Positions 19,023-28,941 are shown, counted from the stretch's first letter. The stretch is 64,000 nucleotides of DNA from Planctomycetota bacterium (GCA_038212275.1 JBBQUR010000018.1:1-64000), one strand, 5' to 3'. The notes: generated by a model from the letters alone, not told the origin. Made by a program: numbers and translations.

Positions 19023-20539
19023 AGGACCTCCCGTGCCACCTGGCGATCGTCGAACGGCAGCACCTGGCTGCCGATCGTCTGCGTGGTTTCGTGTCCCTTG
19101 CCCGCGATGAGCACGATGTCGCCGCCGCGGGCCGCCGCGCAGGCGCGGGCGATCGCGGCGCGACGATCGACCTCGCGCGTGGTGGCCGTGCGCCGGGCTT
19201 CGGGAATGCCGGCAAGGATCTCGTCGAGGATCGACTCGGGATCCTCGCTGCGCGGATTGTCCGACGTGATCACGAGCAGGTCGGCGGCATCGGCCACGGC
19301 GCGCCCCATGGCCGGGCGCTTGGTGCGATCGCGATCGCCGCCGCAGCCGAAGACCACGATGAGCCGGCCGCGCGTGAGCGGGCGCAGAAGGTCGAGCACC
19401 TTTTCGAGCGCGTCCGGAGTGTGCGCGTAGTCCACGAGCACGCGGAAGTCCTGGCCGCACTCGATGCGTTCCACGCGACCCGGCACCTGCGGCAGGCCCT
19501 CGAGCGCGCTGGTGATGAGCGAGGGCGACAACCCGAGCGCCAGCGCCGCCGACGTGGCCGCGAGCGCGTTCATCACGTTGTGCCTGCCGACGAGGCGCGC
19601 ATTCACCGACGCGTCGAGGTCGAACTCCGGCGCCGTGAGGCGGAAGCGCGTGCCCTCCGCATCGAGGCGCGAGATCTCGGCGCGCACGTCGGCGGGCACT
19701 CCGATGCCGTAGTGCAGCACGCGCGCCTGCGTCGAGAGCCGATAGAGGCGCGAGGCCGGGTCGCTCGCGTTGAGCACGGCCGTGGCGCCGCTGTCGAGCA
19801 TCTCGAACAGGCGGCCCTTCGCGGCGCCGTACGACTCCATCGTGCCGTGATAGTCGAGATGATCGGGAGTGAGGTTGGTGAACACGCCGACGTCGAAAGC
19901 GGTGCCGTGCACGCGGCGCTGCATGAGGGCGTGACTGCTGACCTCCATGACGGCGGACGCGAGATTGCTGTCCACCATGCGCGCCAGCAGGAACTGCAGG
20001 TCGATCGCATCCGGAGTGGTGTGGCCGATCTCCTCGTGCTTCTCGCCCACCCACGCGCCGAGCGTGCCGACGAGTCCGCAGCCGCGGCCCTCCATCGTCA
20101 GCATCGAGTGCAGCATGCACGACGTGGTCGTCTTGCCGTTGGTGCCGGTGATGCCGACGACGTCGAGGCGCTGGCTCGGATGCCCGAAGAAACGATCCGC
20201 GAGCACGGCCTTCGCGAGCGGCACGTCGTCGACGCCGACGAACGCGACGTCCGCAGGCAGTTCCGGACGCCGGTCGGAGAGCACCGCCACCGCGCCGCGC
20301 GACAGGGCCTGCTGCACGTGCTGGAAACCGTCGGCGCGCGTGCCGCTGGCCGCGACGAAGAGATCGCCGCGCGAGACCTTCCGGCTGTCGGTGCAGAGCC
20401 CCTTCACGAGCACGTCGGGCCCGGAGATTTCAGTGGACGGAATCGCGTCGGGCAGCAGGTCGCAGAGTGTGGAGAGGGCCAACGTGTTCACGCTGGTCCT
20501 CATTAGGCGGCGAAAAACTGCGTTTTCAAGCGTGGTCAC
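19010..20539 (-). CDS. murE: UDP-MurNAc-L-Ala-D-Glu--meso-DAP ligase
   Basis: GITGTNGKTTT, MEVSSH, DHLDYHG, VDYAHTPD, FGCGGDRD, DNPR (meso-DAP signature), AGKGHE. Confidence 0.96.
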
Positions 20540-20558
20540 GGCAGAAGTCCTTCACGGC

Positions 20559-22355
20559 TCACGGTTGCGCGTCGCCGATCCCCAGATACGGCACCAGTCG
20601 GTTCAGCATGCGGCCCGTCGGCGGAGCGACCGTCGAAGCCGCGTAAGGGAAACCCTTGGGCTGCTCCAGCACCACCACCAGGGCGATCACCGGCGCGTCG
20701 GTCGGGACCAGTGCGATGAAGGAGTGGGTCTCCTTGCTCTTGTCGCGCTCGTCCACGGTGGTGCCGGTCTTGCCCGAGACCGGGACGCCCGGGACGGCCA
20801 CGCACCTGGCCGCGCCCTCGTCCACCACGGCGCGCATCCAGGTGCGCACCATGTCGGCGTGGAGCTGGCTGAAGACACGGGTGGCGGGAGCGACGGGCAT
20901 TTCCGTGCGGTGGCCCTCCTGATCGCGGTAGGCCAGGATCAGGCGCGGGGCGCGGTAGGTGCCGTCGGCAAGGCTCGCGGTGATGGCAGCCATCTGCAGC
21001 GGAGTGACCGCCACCTCGTGACCGAAGGCCACCGAGGCCAGGGTCTGGTTGCGCGACCAGCTCGCCAGTTTCGTGTACAGGCCGGCCGCCTCCGCGGCCA
21101 CCGGGACGCCCGTCCTGCGGCCGACGCCGAGGGCGCGAATCACGTCGTACACCGGCCGCATGAGCTCGGTGTCCTTGTCATGGCCGGCGGGGAGCAGGCT
21201 GGTCAGGATGCGCGCCATGCCCACGTTGCTGGACTCGACCAGGATCTGCTGAAGACTCAGCATCCCGTTGGGCGGGTAGTGCTCCGGGTGCGTGTCGTGG
21301 ATCCGACGCTTCCCGAAGAGCGCATCGCGGCCGCTGTCGGGCTTGCAGTTCACGGGGCGGTCGGGGTCGCAGAGACCGAGGTCGAGCGCTGCGGCCATCA
21401 TGAACGGTTTGAATGTGGAGCCGGGCGAGTAGACGGTCTGCACGGGACGCAGCACCTGCCCGGCCGCCGTCCACGTACGGGTGTCCGTCGGGTCCAGGCC
21501 CGGCGTGCTGGCCATGGCCAGCACGTCGCCGGTCGCCACGTCGAGCAGCACCGCACTGCCGCCCGCGGCATGCAGCTCGGCGGCCGATCGGTTCAGCTCC
21601 TCCTCGAGGATCTGCTGGGCGACGATGTCCAGCGTGAGCAGCACGTCGAAGCCGTCGAGCGGCTCGAGCGGCTCGCGTTGCGCGTCTGCCATCGCGAAGT
21701 TGCCGGCGCCGTGACGGCTGGGCAGCGTGCCCGGAACGCTGCAGTCGAGAGTCTCCTCCAGCCCGTGCTCGAGGCCCGAGCCGCCGTAGCCGTCGTGGTT
21801 CACGAAACCGAGCAGCGGGCCGGCGCAGGCTCCGAAGGGATAGGCGCGCTGCCAGTCGTGTTCGAAGTCCACGCGGCGCAGGGCTCCCTTCGGGCGATCT
21901 CGTTCGGCGAGCAGCTTGTCGATGAGCGCGGGGTCGGTCACCGGCTTGCCGAGGCGGACGTTGCGCGGGCGGCCGTTGGCATCCGTGGCCAGCATCGCGG
22001 GAGCGAGCTGTCCGGCCGGCGTCCGGACGATGGGTTCAAGGAACTCGGAGATGGCGGTCAGGCTGGCGTAGACCTCGGCCTGCGAGCGTGGCCCCTTCGG
22101 CCCTTGCGTGATCTTCGGCGGCCACACGGTGACGGCAACTTCCTCGACCGACTGCGCAAGCGGCTGGCCGCGCCGGTCGCAGAGGCTTCCGCGGCGCGCC
22201 AGGCGCACTCCCGCCGTGGTGGACTGGCGCTCCTGCTTCGTCGAGGCTTCGGTCGCCGTCGCCACGTGCAGCCACACCAGGCGTCCGAAGAGGCCGAGCA
22301 GCGTGCCGAGCAGGGCTGCCGCGAAGATTCTCACCATGCGTCGGGCGCGGAGCAT
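20559..22355 (-). CDS. ftsI: Class B penicillin-binding protein (PBP3-like)
   Basis: RRGSLCDRRG, G.SGLE, LTLD, PGSTFK (SxxK), SSN (SxN), KTGT; position in dcw cluster. Confidence 0.9.
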   Translation of the reverse strand: MLRARRMVRIFAAALLGTLLGLFGRLVWLHVATATEASTKQERQSTTAGVRLARRGSLCDRRGQPLAQSVEEVAVTVWPPKITQGPKGPRSQAEVYASLTAISEFLEPIVRTPAGQLAPAMLATDANGRPRNVRLGKPVTDPALIDKLLAERDRPKGALRRVDFEHDWQRAYPFGACAGPLLGFVNHDGYGGSGLEHGLEETLDCSVPGTLPSRHGAGNFAMADAQREPLEPLDGFDVLLTLDIVAQQILEEELNRSAAELHAAGGSAVLLDVATGDVLAMASTPGLDPTDTRTWTAAGQVLRPVQTVYSPGSTFKPFMMAAALDLGLCDPDRPVNCKPDSGRDALFGKRRIHDTHPEHYPPNGMLSLQQILVESSNVGMARILTSLLPAGHDKDTELMRPVYDVIRALGVGRRTGVPVAAEAAGLYTKLASWSRNQTLASVAFGHEVAVTPLQMAAITASLADGTYRAPRLILAYRDQEGHRTEMPVAPATRVFSQLHADMVRTWMRAVVDEGAARCVAVPGVPVSGKTGTTVDERDKSKETHSFIALVPTDAPVIALVVVLEQPKGFPYAASTVAPPTGRMLNRLVPYLGIGDAQP

Positions 22356-22603
22356 CACGAGCGGGAACCTCCCTTTTTCCGGGCGACCGGATCGTCGCGG
22401 CCGATCTCCTGCCACTCGCGCTGCAGGCGGATCTGCAGGTCGCGCTCGCGGCGATGCAGCGAACTGCGCTGGTGTTCCAGTCGCAGCAGCGCATTGCCCT
22501 CGGTCGCCACGTCGGCCCGGATCGAGACCGTCAGCAGTCCCAGCACCATCAGGGAGGCTCCCGTCAGGGCCGGCTTCCACGGAAAGCGGTCGGGCTCGTT
22601 CAT
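22355..22603 (-). CDS. ftsL: Probable cell division protein FtsL (82 aa, single TM plus coiled coil)
   Basis: Lies between rsmH and ftsI with overlapping start/stop codons at both ends. Short cytoplasmic N-terminus, TM (ALTGASLMVLGLLTVSI), heptad leucines (L..LEHQRSSL...ERDLQIRL). Assignment is by synteny and architecture. Confidence 0.65.
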   Translation of the reverse strand: MNEPDRFPWKPALTGASLMVLGLLTVSIRADVATEGNALLRLEHQRSSLHRRERDLQIRLQREWQEIGRDDPVARKKGGSRS

Positions 22604-23508
22604 GCGGACTCCCCTGCAGACTTGCGGATGACTCGAAGGCGTGCACTGCGACTGCGGCGATTGCTGCGGCTTTCCTCGCGCGACGGCTGCACCGCCTTGC
22701 GCGTGAGCAACTCGTGTCCCGCCGCGGCGGCCTGCAGCATGAAGGCCTTGACGATGCTGTCTTCGCCGGAATGGAAGCTGATCACCGCCAGCCGGCCACC
22801 GGGGACGAGCAGCGAGAGCGCCTGCGGCAGCGCCTCCTCGAGCAAAGGCAGCTCCCGGTTCACGGCCATGCGCAAGCCCTGGAAGGCGCGCGTCGCCGGG
22901 TGGATCTTGCCGCCGCGTCGGCCGAGCACCGTCTCGATGAAAGAGCGCAGGTCGCCGGTCGAGCGGAAGGGCCGCTGCGTGCGGCGCTCGACCAGGGCGC
23001 GTGCCAGGCGCTGGCCGGACGGCTCGCCGCCCAGGTCGCACAGCGCGGACTCGATGTCGGACGGGCGCGCGTGCTGCAGGAAGTGAGCGGCCGTGTCGCC
23101 GCGCGAGTTGTCCATGCGCATGTCGAGCGGACCATCGCTGCGCAGCGTGAAACCGCGGCCCGGATCATCCAGCTGCATCGACGACACGCCGAGGTCGATG
23201 AGCACCGCGTCGGGGCGCCGGGCCTCGACCGCAAGTCGAGCGAGGCATTCGGAGAAGGTGCCGTGCATCCACGTCGCACGACTGCCGAGACCTTCCGACT
23301 GCAGCCGGTCGCGAGCCAGGTCGAGCGCGAACTGGTCTCGGTCACAGCCGAAGACCATGCCGGTGGGCGCCGTCGCACGCAGGAAGGCTGCTGCGTGCCC
23401 TCCGGCGCCCACCGTCAGGTCGGCCAGGACGTGTCCCGGGGTGGCACCGAGCAGAGCCATCACCTCCCCCGCCATCACGGGGGTGTGGCTCCATGGTGCT
23501 TCAGTCAT
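22600..23508 (-). CDS. rsmH: 16S rRNA m4C1402 methyltransferase
   Basis: HTPVM, DLTVGAGGH, DLGVSSMQLD, DGPLDMRMD, HPATRAFQ, VISFHSGED, RSRSARLR. Confidence 0.97.
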   Translation of the reverse strand: MTEAPWSHTPVMAGEVMALLGATPGHVLADLTVGAGGHAAAFLRATAPTGMVFGCDRDQFALDLARDRLQSEGLGSRATWMHGTFSECLARLAVEARRPDAVLIDLGVSSMQLDDPGRGFTLRSDGPLDMRMDNSRGDTAAHFLQHARPSDIESALCDLGGEPSGQRLARALVERRTQRPFRSTGDLRSFIETVLGRRGGKIHPATRAFQGLRMAVNRELPLLEEALPQALSLLVPGGRLAVISFHSGEDSIVKAFMLQAAAAGHELLTRKAVQPSREESRSNRRSRSARLRVIRKSAGESA

Positions 23509-23522
23509 GATCGCACCACCAC

Positions 23523-23966
23523 TCACCGGAACACATCCGTGGCCTGCTTGTCGTATTGCGGGCGGCTGGCCATCTGGCGAGCCTCCCAGGTCTCGGGTTG
23601 CCAGAGTTCGACGCGCTGCCCCACTCCCGCGAAGACGACGCGATCGGTGATGCCGACGAGCGCCTTGAGCGCTTCGGGGAGCACGATGCGTCCGCTGCGA
23701 TCGATCGAGCACGGCTCCGCGCTCGCATAGAAGTTGCGCTGGAAGTCGCGCGTGCTGCTCTGGCCGAGCGGGCTGCTCTCCACGGCCTTTCCCATCTGCT
23801 CGAAACCCGCGGGGGTGTAGAGGAACAGGCAGCGGTCGAGTCCGGCCGTGAGCACCACCTCCTCCGGCGACCCGAGATCGCGGAGCGTGTCCACGATCTT
23901 TCGAGGCACGGAGACGCGGTTCTTCGCGTCGATGGCGTGCGTGTAGCAGCCCGTGAAAAGGTTCAT
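23523..23966 (-). CDS. mraZ: Transcriptional regulator MraZ
   Basis: FTG.Y.HAIDAKNRV..P and IDRSGRI.LP repeats; GVGQRVELW. Confidence 0.95.
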   Translation of the reverse strand: MNLFTGCYTHAIDAKNRVSVPRKIVDTLRDLGSPEEVVLTAGLDRCLFLYTPAGFEQMGKAVESSPLGQSSTRDFQRNFYASAEPCSIDRSGRIVLPEALKALVGITDRVVFAGVGQRVELWQPETWEARQMASRPQYDKQATDVFR

Positions 23967-24000
23967 CGCTCCCCGAGCCCAACCGGCGGCGGAATCGTCG

Positions 24001-24020
24001 AAATCCCACTATATCCCACT
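24001..24020 (-). promoter_or_regulatory. MraZ binding repeats overlapping a -10-like TATAGT
   Basis: Minus strand AGTGGGATAT AGTGGGATTT: two GTGGGA repeats at 10-bp period upstream of mraZ. Confidence 0.75.
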
Positions 24021-24231
24021 TCACGGGAAAGCTAGGGGCAATGTTCCCTTTTTCTGGAGTTTTCGACGCCCCGACACGGACCGTGGGCCCGATTGCCTTC
24101 CCGTTGACCGCGGCCCCACCCGGAGCGCCGCGCACCGCCGATCACGCACCGCGCCCCCGGACCGCCAACCGGCGCGTGATGCCGAGCCGCCCCGCTCCTG
24201 GCGCCCGCCCGAAGCGCGGGCGTGAAACGGC

Positions 24232-24327
24232 CTGATGGCGCCGTGGCGCCGTGTCGCCGTGTCGCCATGGCGCAACAGCGCCATGGCGCGACGGCTCCAC
24301 GTTGCGAGGGCGCGAGGGCGCGAGGGC
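24232..24327. repeat. Octamer-period tandem array (about 12 units)
   Basis: GCCGTGGC GCCGTGTC GCCGTGTC GCCATGGC GCAACAGC GCCATGGC GCGACGGC ... GCGAGGGC x3, all in the same 8-bp register. Confidence 0.75.
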
Positions 24328-24474
24328 CCGGGGCCCCTGCTCGGTCGACGGCCCTCGAGGAGATTCCACCGAGGGCTCGGGCGGACAGGCGATGCGCGCG
24401 TGCGCGCGTCGGGAACGCTCAGCCGATCGGAGCCTCGAACCCGTCTCGCTGCGTTCGGACGGTCAAGCGGGGTC

Positions 24475-25263
24475 TCACGCCGGAGGCGAGTTTTGTCCTC
24501 GTGACCGCTTTCCCGCAGTTCTGCGAGTGCCCGCAACGGCGCGCACACCGGACACGGGCCGCGCCGCAGCTGTCGACACGGCGGCAGGATCCGGCCCTGC
24601 TTCCGGCGCCTGCGACGGGACCCTCGCGGGATCCTTCGTGGACTCGGGGGGCACGTGCGAGCTGGCGCTGATGCCGCCATCGGCAGCGGTCTCGGTATTG
24701 GCAGCGCCGGTGCCTGTCTCCCCACGCTCTGGATGCAGCGCCGCCAGCTCCGGCAGCTCGTGATCGGCCAGGTCGGTGTTCAGAAGCTGTGCGAGCTGGT
24801 CGCGGACCAATCCCAGGTCTTCGGGAGTCAGCAGCGGCGCAGGCACGTCGACACTTGGCTGACCGGCCCCACGCGTGACGACCATGACCTCGCGTCCCGC
24901 GCGGCGCTGAAAGCCCAGCAGCCGCAGGAAACGCTTGCGGATGAGGACCAGCGCCACAAGGTAGGACAGGCGGCGATACACGTCGTCGGGTCGCAGCAGC
25001 ATGCGACCGAAAAGTTCACGCAGCATCGCGTAGTCCACGAGGGCGCGCTGCTGGCCCGATGCGGGACGCCGGTGTGTCCAGAAGCAGACCTCGGGGTCCG
25101 CCACCGCGCGCTCTCCACAGGCTGTGCACAAGTCTTCACGCAGCGGCGCCTCTGCCAGCAGGCGCACCACCGTCGTGAAGAGTTCGCCGGCGACCAGGGG
25201 CTGCTGGCACGTCGCGCAGCAATCACCGGGTCGCGGAAGTTTCCATGCGTCGTTCTGGGTCAC
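24475..25263 (-). CDS. Hypothetical protein with two CxxC pairs and a disordered C-tail
   Basis: WKLPRP..CATC...REDLCTAC...FW, YLVALVLIRKRFL; protein-like globular N-terminal ~170 aa. GTG start 6 nt after TAGCGT. Confidence 0.75.
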   Translation of the reverse strand: MTQNDAWKLPRPGDCCATCQQPLVAGELFTTVVRLLAEAPLREDLCTACGERAVADPEVCFWTHRRPASGQQRALVDYAMLRELFGRMLLRPDDVYRRLSYLVALVLIRKRFLRLLGFQRRAGREVMVVTRGAGQPSVDVPAPLLTPEDLGLVRDQLAQLLNTDLADHELPELAALHPERGETGTGAANTETAADGGISASSHVPPESTKDPARVPSQAPEAGPDPAAVSTAAARPVSGVRAVAGTRRTAGKRSRGQNSPPA

Positions 25264-25374
25264 GGCGCGACGCTAACACAGCTTCGTGAAGCCTCCAAGC
25301 GCTCACGCCGCGCTGCGTGCGAAGACGCGCCGTGTCCAGCTGGCGGCCGGGCCTTGCAGCGGCCCATGTGCGAG

Positions 25375-25413
25375 TTGAAGGCCGGGCGGGATGCCACTAG
25401 GGTGGCATCCCGC
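25375..25413 (+). promoter_or_regulatory. Putative sigma70 promoter of dnaE embedded in a perfect 12-bp inverted repeat
   Basis: TTGAAG (25375-80) - 17 bp - TAGGGT (25398-403); arms GCGGGATGCCAC (25386-97) and GTGGCATCCCGC (25402-13). Confidence 0.6.
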
Positions 25414-28400
25414 ATGAGCTTGCAACCCTTCACGCACCTGCACGTGCACAGCCATTACTCGCTGCTTGACGGCGCGATCGGCATCGACACGCTCGTCGGC
25501 GAAGCGGCCCGGCTCGGGATGCCGGCGCTCGCGCTCACGGACCACGGCAATCTCTTCGGTGCGATCGAGTTCTACACCAAGGCGCGCAAGGCCGGCATCA
25601 ATCCGATCCTCGGATGCGAGGCCTATCTTGTGCTCGGCGATGCGACGGCGGAAGCCTCGCCCGGCGAGAAGCAGCCGAGGCACCACATCACGCTGCTGGC
25701 CCGCAACCGCACGGGCTGGGAGAATCTCAGCAAGCTTTCCTCGATGTCGTGGCTGCGCGGCTTCAACCGCAAGCCGCGCATCGACAAGCGCATGCTCGCC
25801 ACGCACGCGGACGGCCTCATCGCGCTGTCGGGCTGCATGTCGGGCGAGATCGCCACGCACCTGACCGCACAGCGCCCTGACGAAGCCGTGCGTGCGGCGC
25901 ATGAATATGCCGAGATCCTCGGGCGCGAGAACTTCTATCTCGAGGTCATGACCACCGGCATCGGCGCGCAGACCGGCATCCGCGACGGCATGGTCGGCGT
26001 CGCGCAGCGCACCGGGCTGCCGATCGTCGCGACCAACGACATCCACTACCGCTGCCAGGGCGACGCGATCGCGCAGGACGCGCTCATCTGCATCGGCACC
26101 GGCCAGAAGATGCACGACGTCCAGCGCCGCTTCCGCATCGAAACCGACCAGCTCTACTTCCGGACGAGCGAGGAGATGGCGGCGCTGTTCGGCGCGGACA
26201 GCGAGGCGTATCGCATGACGGCGGAGATCGCGTCTCGCTGCGACATCCAGCTCGAGCTGCACAAGATGCACCTGCCGCGCTTCGACATCCCGAGCGGCGA
26301 GCCGCCCGAGAACTACATGCGTCGCCTCTGCGAGGCCGGCCTTCGCCGCCTCTACGGCGAGATCACGCCCCCGGTGCGCGAGCGCTTCGAGACCGAGTTC
26401 GCGGTCATCTCGAAGATGGGATTCATCAGCTACTTCCTCATCGTCTGGGATCTCATACGGCACGCGCGCGAACAGGGCATTGCCGTGGGCCCCGGCCGCG
26501 GCTCGGCGGCCGGCTCCATCGTCGCGTACTCGCTCGACATCACGCAGCTGGATCCGCTGCGCTACGACCTGCTGTTCGAGCGCTTCCTGAACGCGGATCG
26601 CATCTCGATGCCCGACATCGACATCGACTTCTGCCGCGATCGTCGCGAGGAGGTGATCGAGTACGCGCGCCGCAAGTATGGCAGCAACCAGGTCTGCCAG
26701 ATCGTGACCTTCGGCACGATGGCCGCGAAGGCCGCCATCCGCGACGCCGGCCGCGTCCTCGACGTGCCGCTGCCCGAGGTGGACCGCATCGCCAAGCGGA
26801 TCCCGGACCTCCCGAAGACCCGCCTGCAGGACGCGCTCGACTCCGACAAGGAATTGTCCGGGATGCTGTCGGGCAGCAAGCAGCTGTCCGAGCTGCGCGA
26901 CGTGAGCCTGCGCATCGAGGGCATGGCGCGCAACACCTCCACGCACGCCGCCGGCGTCGTCATCACCGACCGGCCGCTCGTCGAGCTCGTGCCGCTCTGC
27001 GTGGTGCAGGGCCAGGTCAACACGCAGTTCCAGATGAACGACCTCGAGCAGATCGGCCTGCTCAAGATGGATTTCCTGGGGTTGAAGAACCTCACGATCC
27101 TGCAGAAGGCGACGCAGATCGTGCAGCGCACGCGCGGCGAGACCGTGAACTACGACACGCTCCCGCTCGAGGACCCCGCGACCTACGCGTTGCTCAAGCG
27201 CGGCGACGTGGGCGGCGTGTTCCAGCTGGAATCCTCGGGCATGCGCGAGCTCGTGATGCGCCTCGCGCCCGACTGCTTCCCCGACATCATCGCGCTCATC
27301 GCGCTGTACCGGCCAGGGCCGCTGCAGTCGGGCATGGTGGACAGCTTCGTGCGCCGCAAGCACGGGCAGGAACCGATCGCCTACGAGCATCCGCTCATGG
27401 AGCCGGTGCTGCGCGACACCTACGGCACGATGGTCTACCAGGAGCAGGTCATGCGCCTCGCCCAGGTGCTGGGCGGCATGTCGCTCAACGATGCCGACGG
27501 CCTGCGCAAGGCGATGGGCAAGAAGGACAAGGTCCGCATGGCCAGCTACGAGGCCAAGTTCCTCGCCGGCTGCGCAACCAACGGTCTCGCCACGCACACC
27601 GCCGCCAAGATCTGGTCCGACATGAGCCGCTTCGCCGAGTACGGCTTCAACAAGAGCCACTCGGCGGCCTACGGCCTGATCACCTTCCGCACCGCGTACA
27701 TGAAGGCCCATTACCCCGCCGAGTACATGGCCGCGCTCATGTCCTGCGACGCGGGCAACACCGACAAGCTCGCGGAGTACGTGGAGGAATGCCGGCGCGT
27801 GCAGCGCAAGGTGACCGGGCCCGACATCAACGAGAGCTCGGACGACTTCCGGCCGCAGGGCGACACCGTGCGCTACGGGCTGGCGGCCATCAAGGGCGTC
27901 GGCCAGCGCTTCGTGTCGGCGCTGCTCGCCGCGCGCGCCGAGTGCGGCGGCCGGTTCACGTCCGTGGAGCAGGCGCTCGAGCGCGTGGACAGCCGAAGCA
28001 TGAATCGCGCCAGCTTCGAGGCGCTGGTCAAGGCCGGGGCCTTTGACAGCCTCGGTCCGCATCGAGCCGCGCTCCTCGCCGGCGCCGAGCGTCTGCTGCG
28101 CGACGCCACGGCCGCGCAGGTCGACCGCCTCGCCGGGCAGTCCCTGCTCTTCGGCGGCGGCAGCGGCGGCCCGACCGCGGGAGGCGCGACCGTCGCGACG
28201 CACCTGCGTGCGGACACGGCCCCCCCGCCCACCGACCGCGAGTTGCTCATCATGGAGAAGGAGGCGCTCGGCCTGCACATCTCCGTGGACCCGATGGGTG
28301 AGTATCGCGGGCTGCTCTCGCTCGTGGCCACGCACGAGATGGCCGCCCTGTGCGACGTCGACGATCGCTCCGAGGTGCTGGTCGGCGGCCTGATCGCCTC

Positions 28401-28887
28401 GCTGCGCACCACGGTGAGCAGCAAGGGACGTTCGGCGGGACAGCCCATGGCGATGTGCCGCATCCAGGGTCTCGGCGGCACGGCACAGGCCGTGATCTTT
28501 CCGCGCACCTTCGCGCGCTGCCGCGACCTCGTTCGCGAAGACCAGGTCGCGCTGTTTCGAGCGACGGTGGACAAGAGCCGCGAAGACCCCTCACTGCTCG
28601 TGGAGGACGTGCTCGACCTCGCCGACCCCTCGAAGCTGGGCACGGACCGTCGCCTGGTGCTGGAAGTGATCGGCGCCGACGTCGATGCCGTGCAATGGAA
28701 GCTGCAGGCGCTGCAGGACGTGCTCGCACGGCATCCCGGTCCTGTGGACACCTACCTCGTCGTCGACCGCGAGTCCGGGCGGCGCGCCACGTACCGTCTC
28801 GGCGACGCGCACCGCACCGGGCTGTCGGTGGGCTTCGTGAAGGCGCTCGAGCAGACGCTTGGCGCATCGTGCGTGCACCTGCGCTGA
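25414..28887 (+). CDS. dnaE: DNA polymerase III alpha subunit
   Basis: HLHVHSHYSLLDG, TDHGNLFG, GPGRGSAAGS, FERFLN..R.SMPDIDIDF, LLKMDFLGL, YGFNKSH, OB fold. Confidence 0.98.
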   Translation: MSLQPFTHLHVHSHYSLLDGAIGIDTLVGEAARLGMPALALTDHGNLFGAIEFYTKARKAGINPILGCEAYLVLGDATAEASPGEKQPRHHITLLARNRTGWENLSKLSSMSWLRGFNRKPRIDKRMLATHADGLIALSGCMSGEIATHLTAQRPDEAVRAAHEYAEILGRENFYLEVMTTGIGAQTGIRDGMVGVAQRTGLPIVATNDIHYRCQGDAIAQDALICIGTGQKMHDVQRRFRIETDQLYFRTSEEMAALFGADSEAYRMTAEIASRCDIQLELHKMHLPRFDIPSGEPPENYMRRLCEAGLRRLYGEITPPVRERFETEFAVISKMGFISYFLIVWDLIRHAREQGIAVGPGRGSAAGSIVAYSLDITQLDPLRYDLLFERFLNADRISMPDIDIDFCRDRREEVIEYARRKYGSNQVCQIVTFGTMAAKAAIRDAGRVLDVPLPEVDRIAKRIPDLPKTRLQDALDSDKELSGMLSGSKQLSELRDVSLRIEGMARNTSTHAAGVVITDRPLVELVPLCVVQGQVNTQFQMNDLEQIGLLKMDFLGLKNLTILQKATQIVQRTRGETVNYDTLPLEDPATYALLKRGDVGGVFQLESSGMRELVMRLAPDCFPDIIALIALYRPGPLQSGMVDSFVRRKHGQEPIAYEHPLMEPVLRDTYGTMVYQEQVMRLAQVLGGMSLNDADGLRKAMGKKDKVRMASYEAKFLAGCATNGLATHTAAKIWSDMSRFAEYGFNKSHSAAYGLITFRTAYMKAHYPAEYMAALMSCDAGNTDKLAEYVEECRRVQRKVTGPDINESSDDFRPQGDTVRYGLAAIKGVGQRFVSALLAARAECGGRFTSVEQALERVDSRSMNRASFEALVKAGAFDSLGPHRAALLAGAERLLRDATAAQVDRLAGQSLLFGGGSGGPTAGGATVATHLRADTAPPPTDRELLIMEKEALGLHISVDPMGEYRGLLSLVATHEMAALCDVDDRSEVLVGGLIASLRTTVSSKGRSAGQPMAMCRIQGLGGTAQAVIFPRTFARCRDLVREDQVALFRATVDKSREDPSLLVEDVLDLADPSKLGTDRRLVLEVIGADVDAVQWKLQALQDVLARHPGPVDTYLVVDRESGRRATYRLGDAHRTGLSVGFVKALEQTLGASCVHLR

Positions 28888-28941
28888 GGGCCTGCCGCGT
28901 CGCGTGACGCCTCGCATGGCAGGCGCGTCACGCCCCCTCAG
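28884..28941. terminator. GC-rich hairpin between convergent dnaE and lipoprotein genes
   Basis: CTGAGGG...CCCTCAG and GCGTGACGC...GCGTCACGC arms; no U-tract. Confidence 0.4.
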
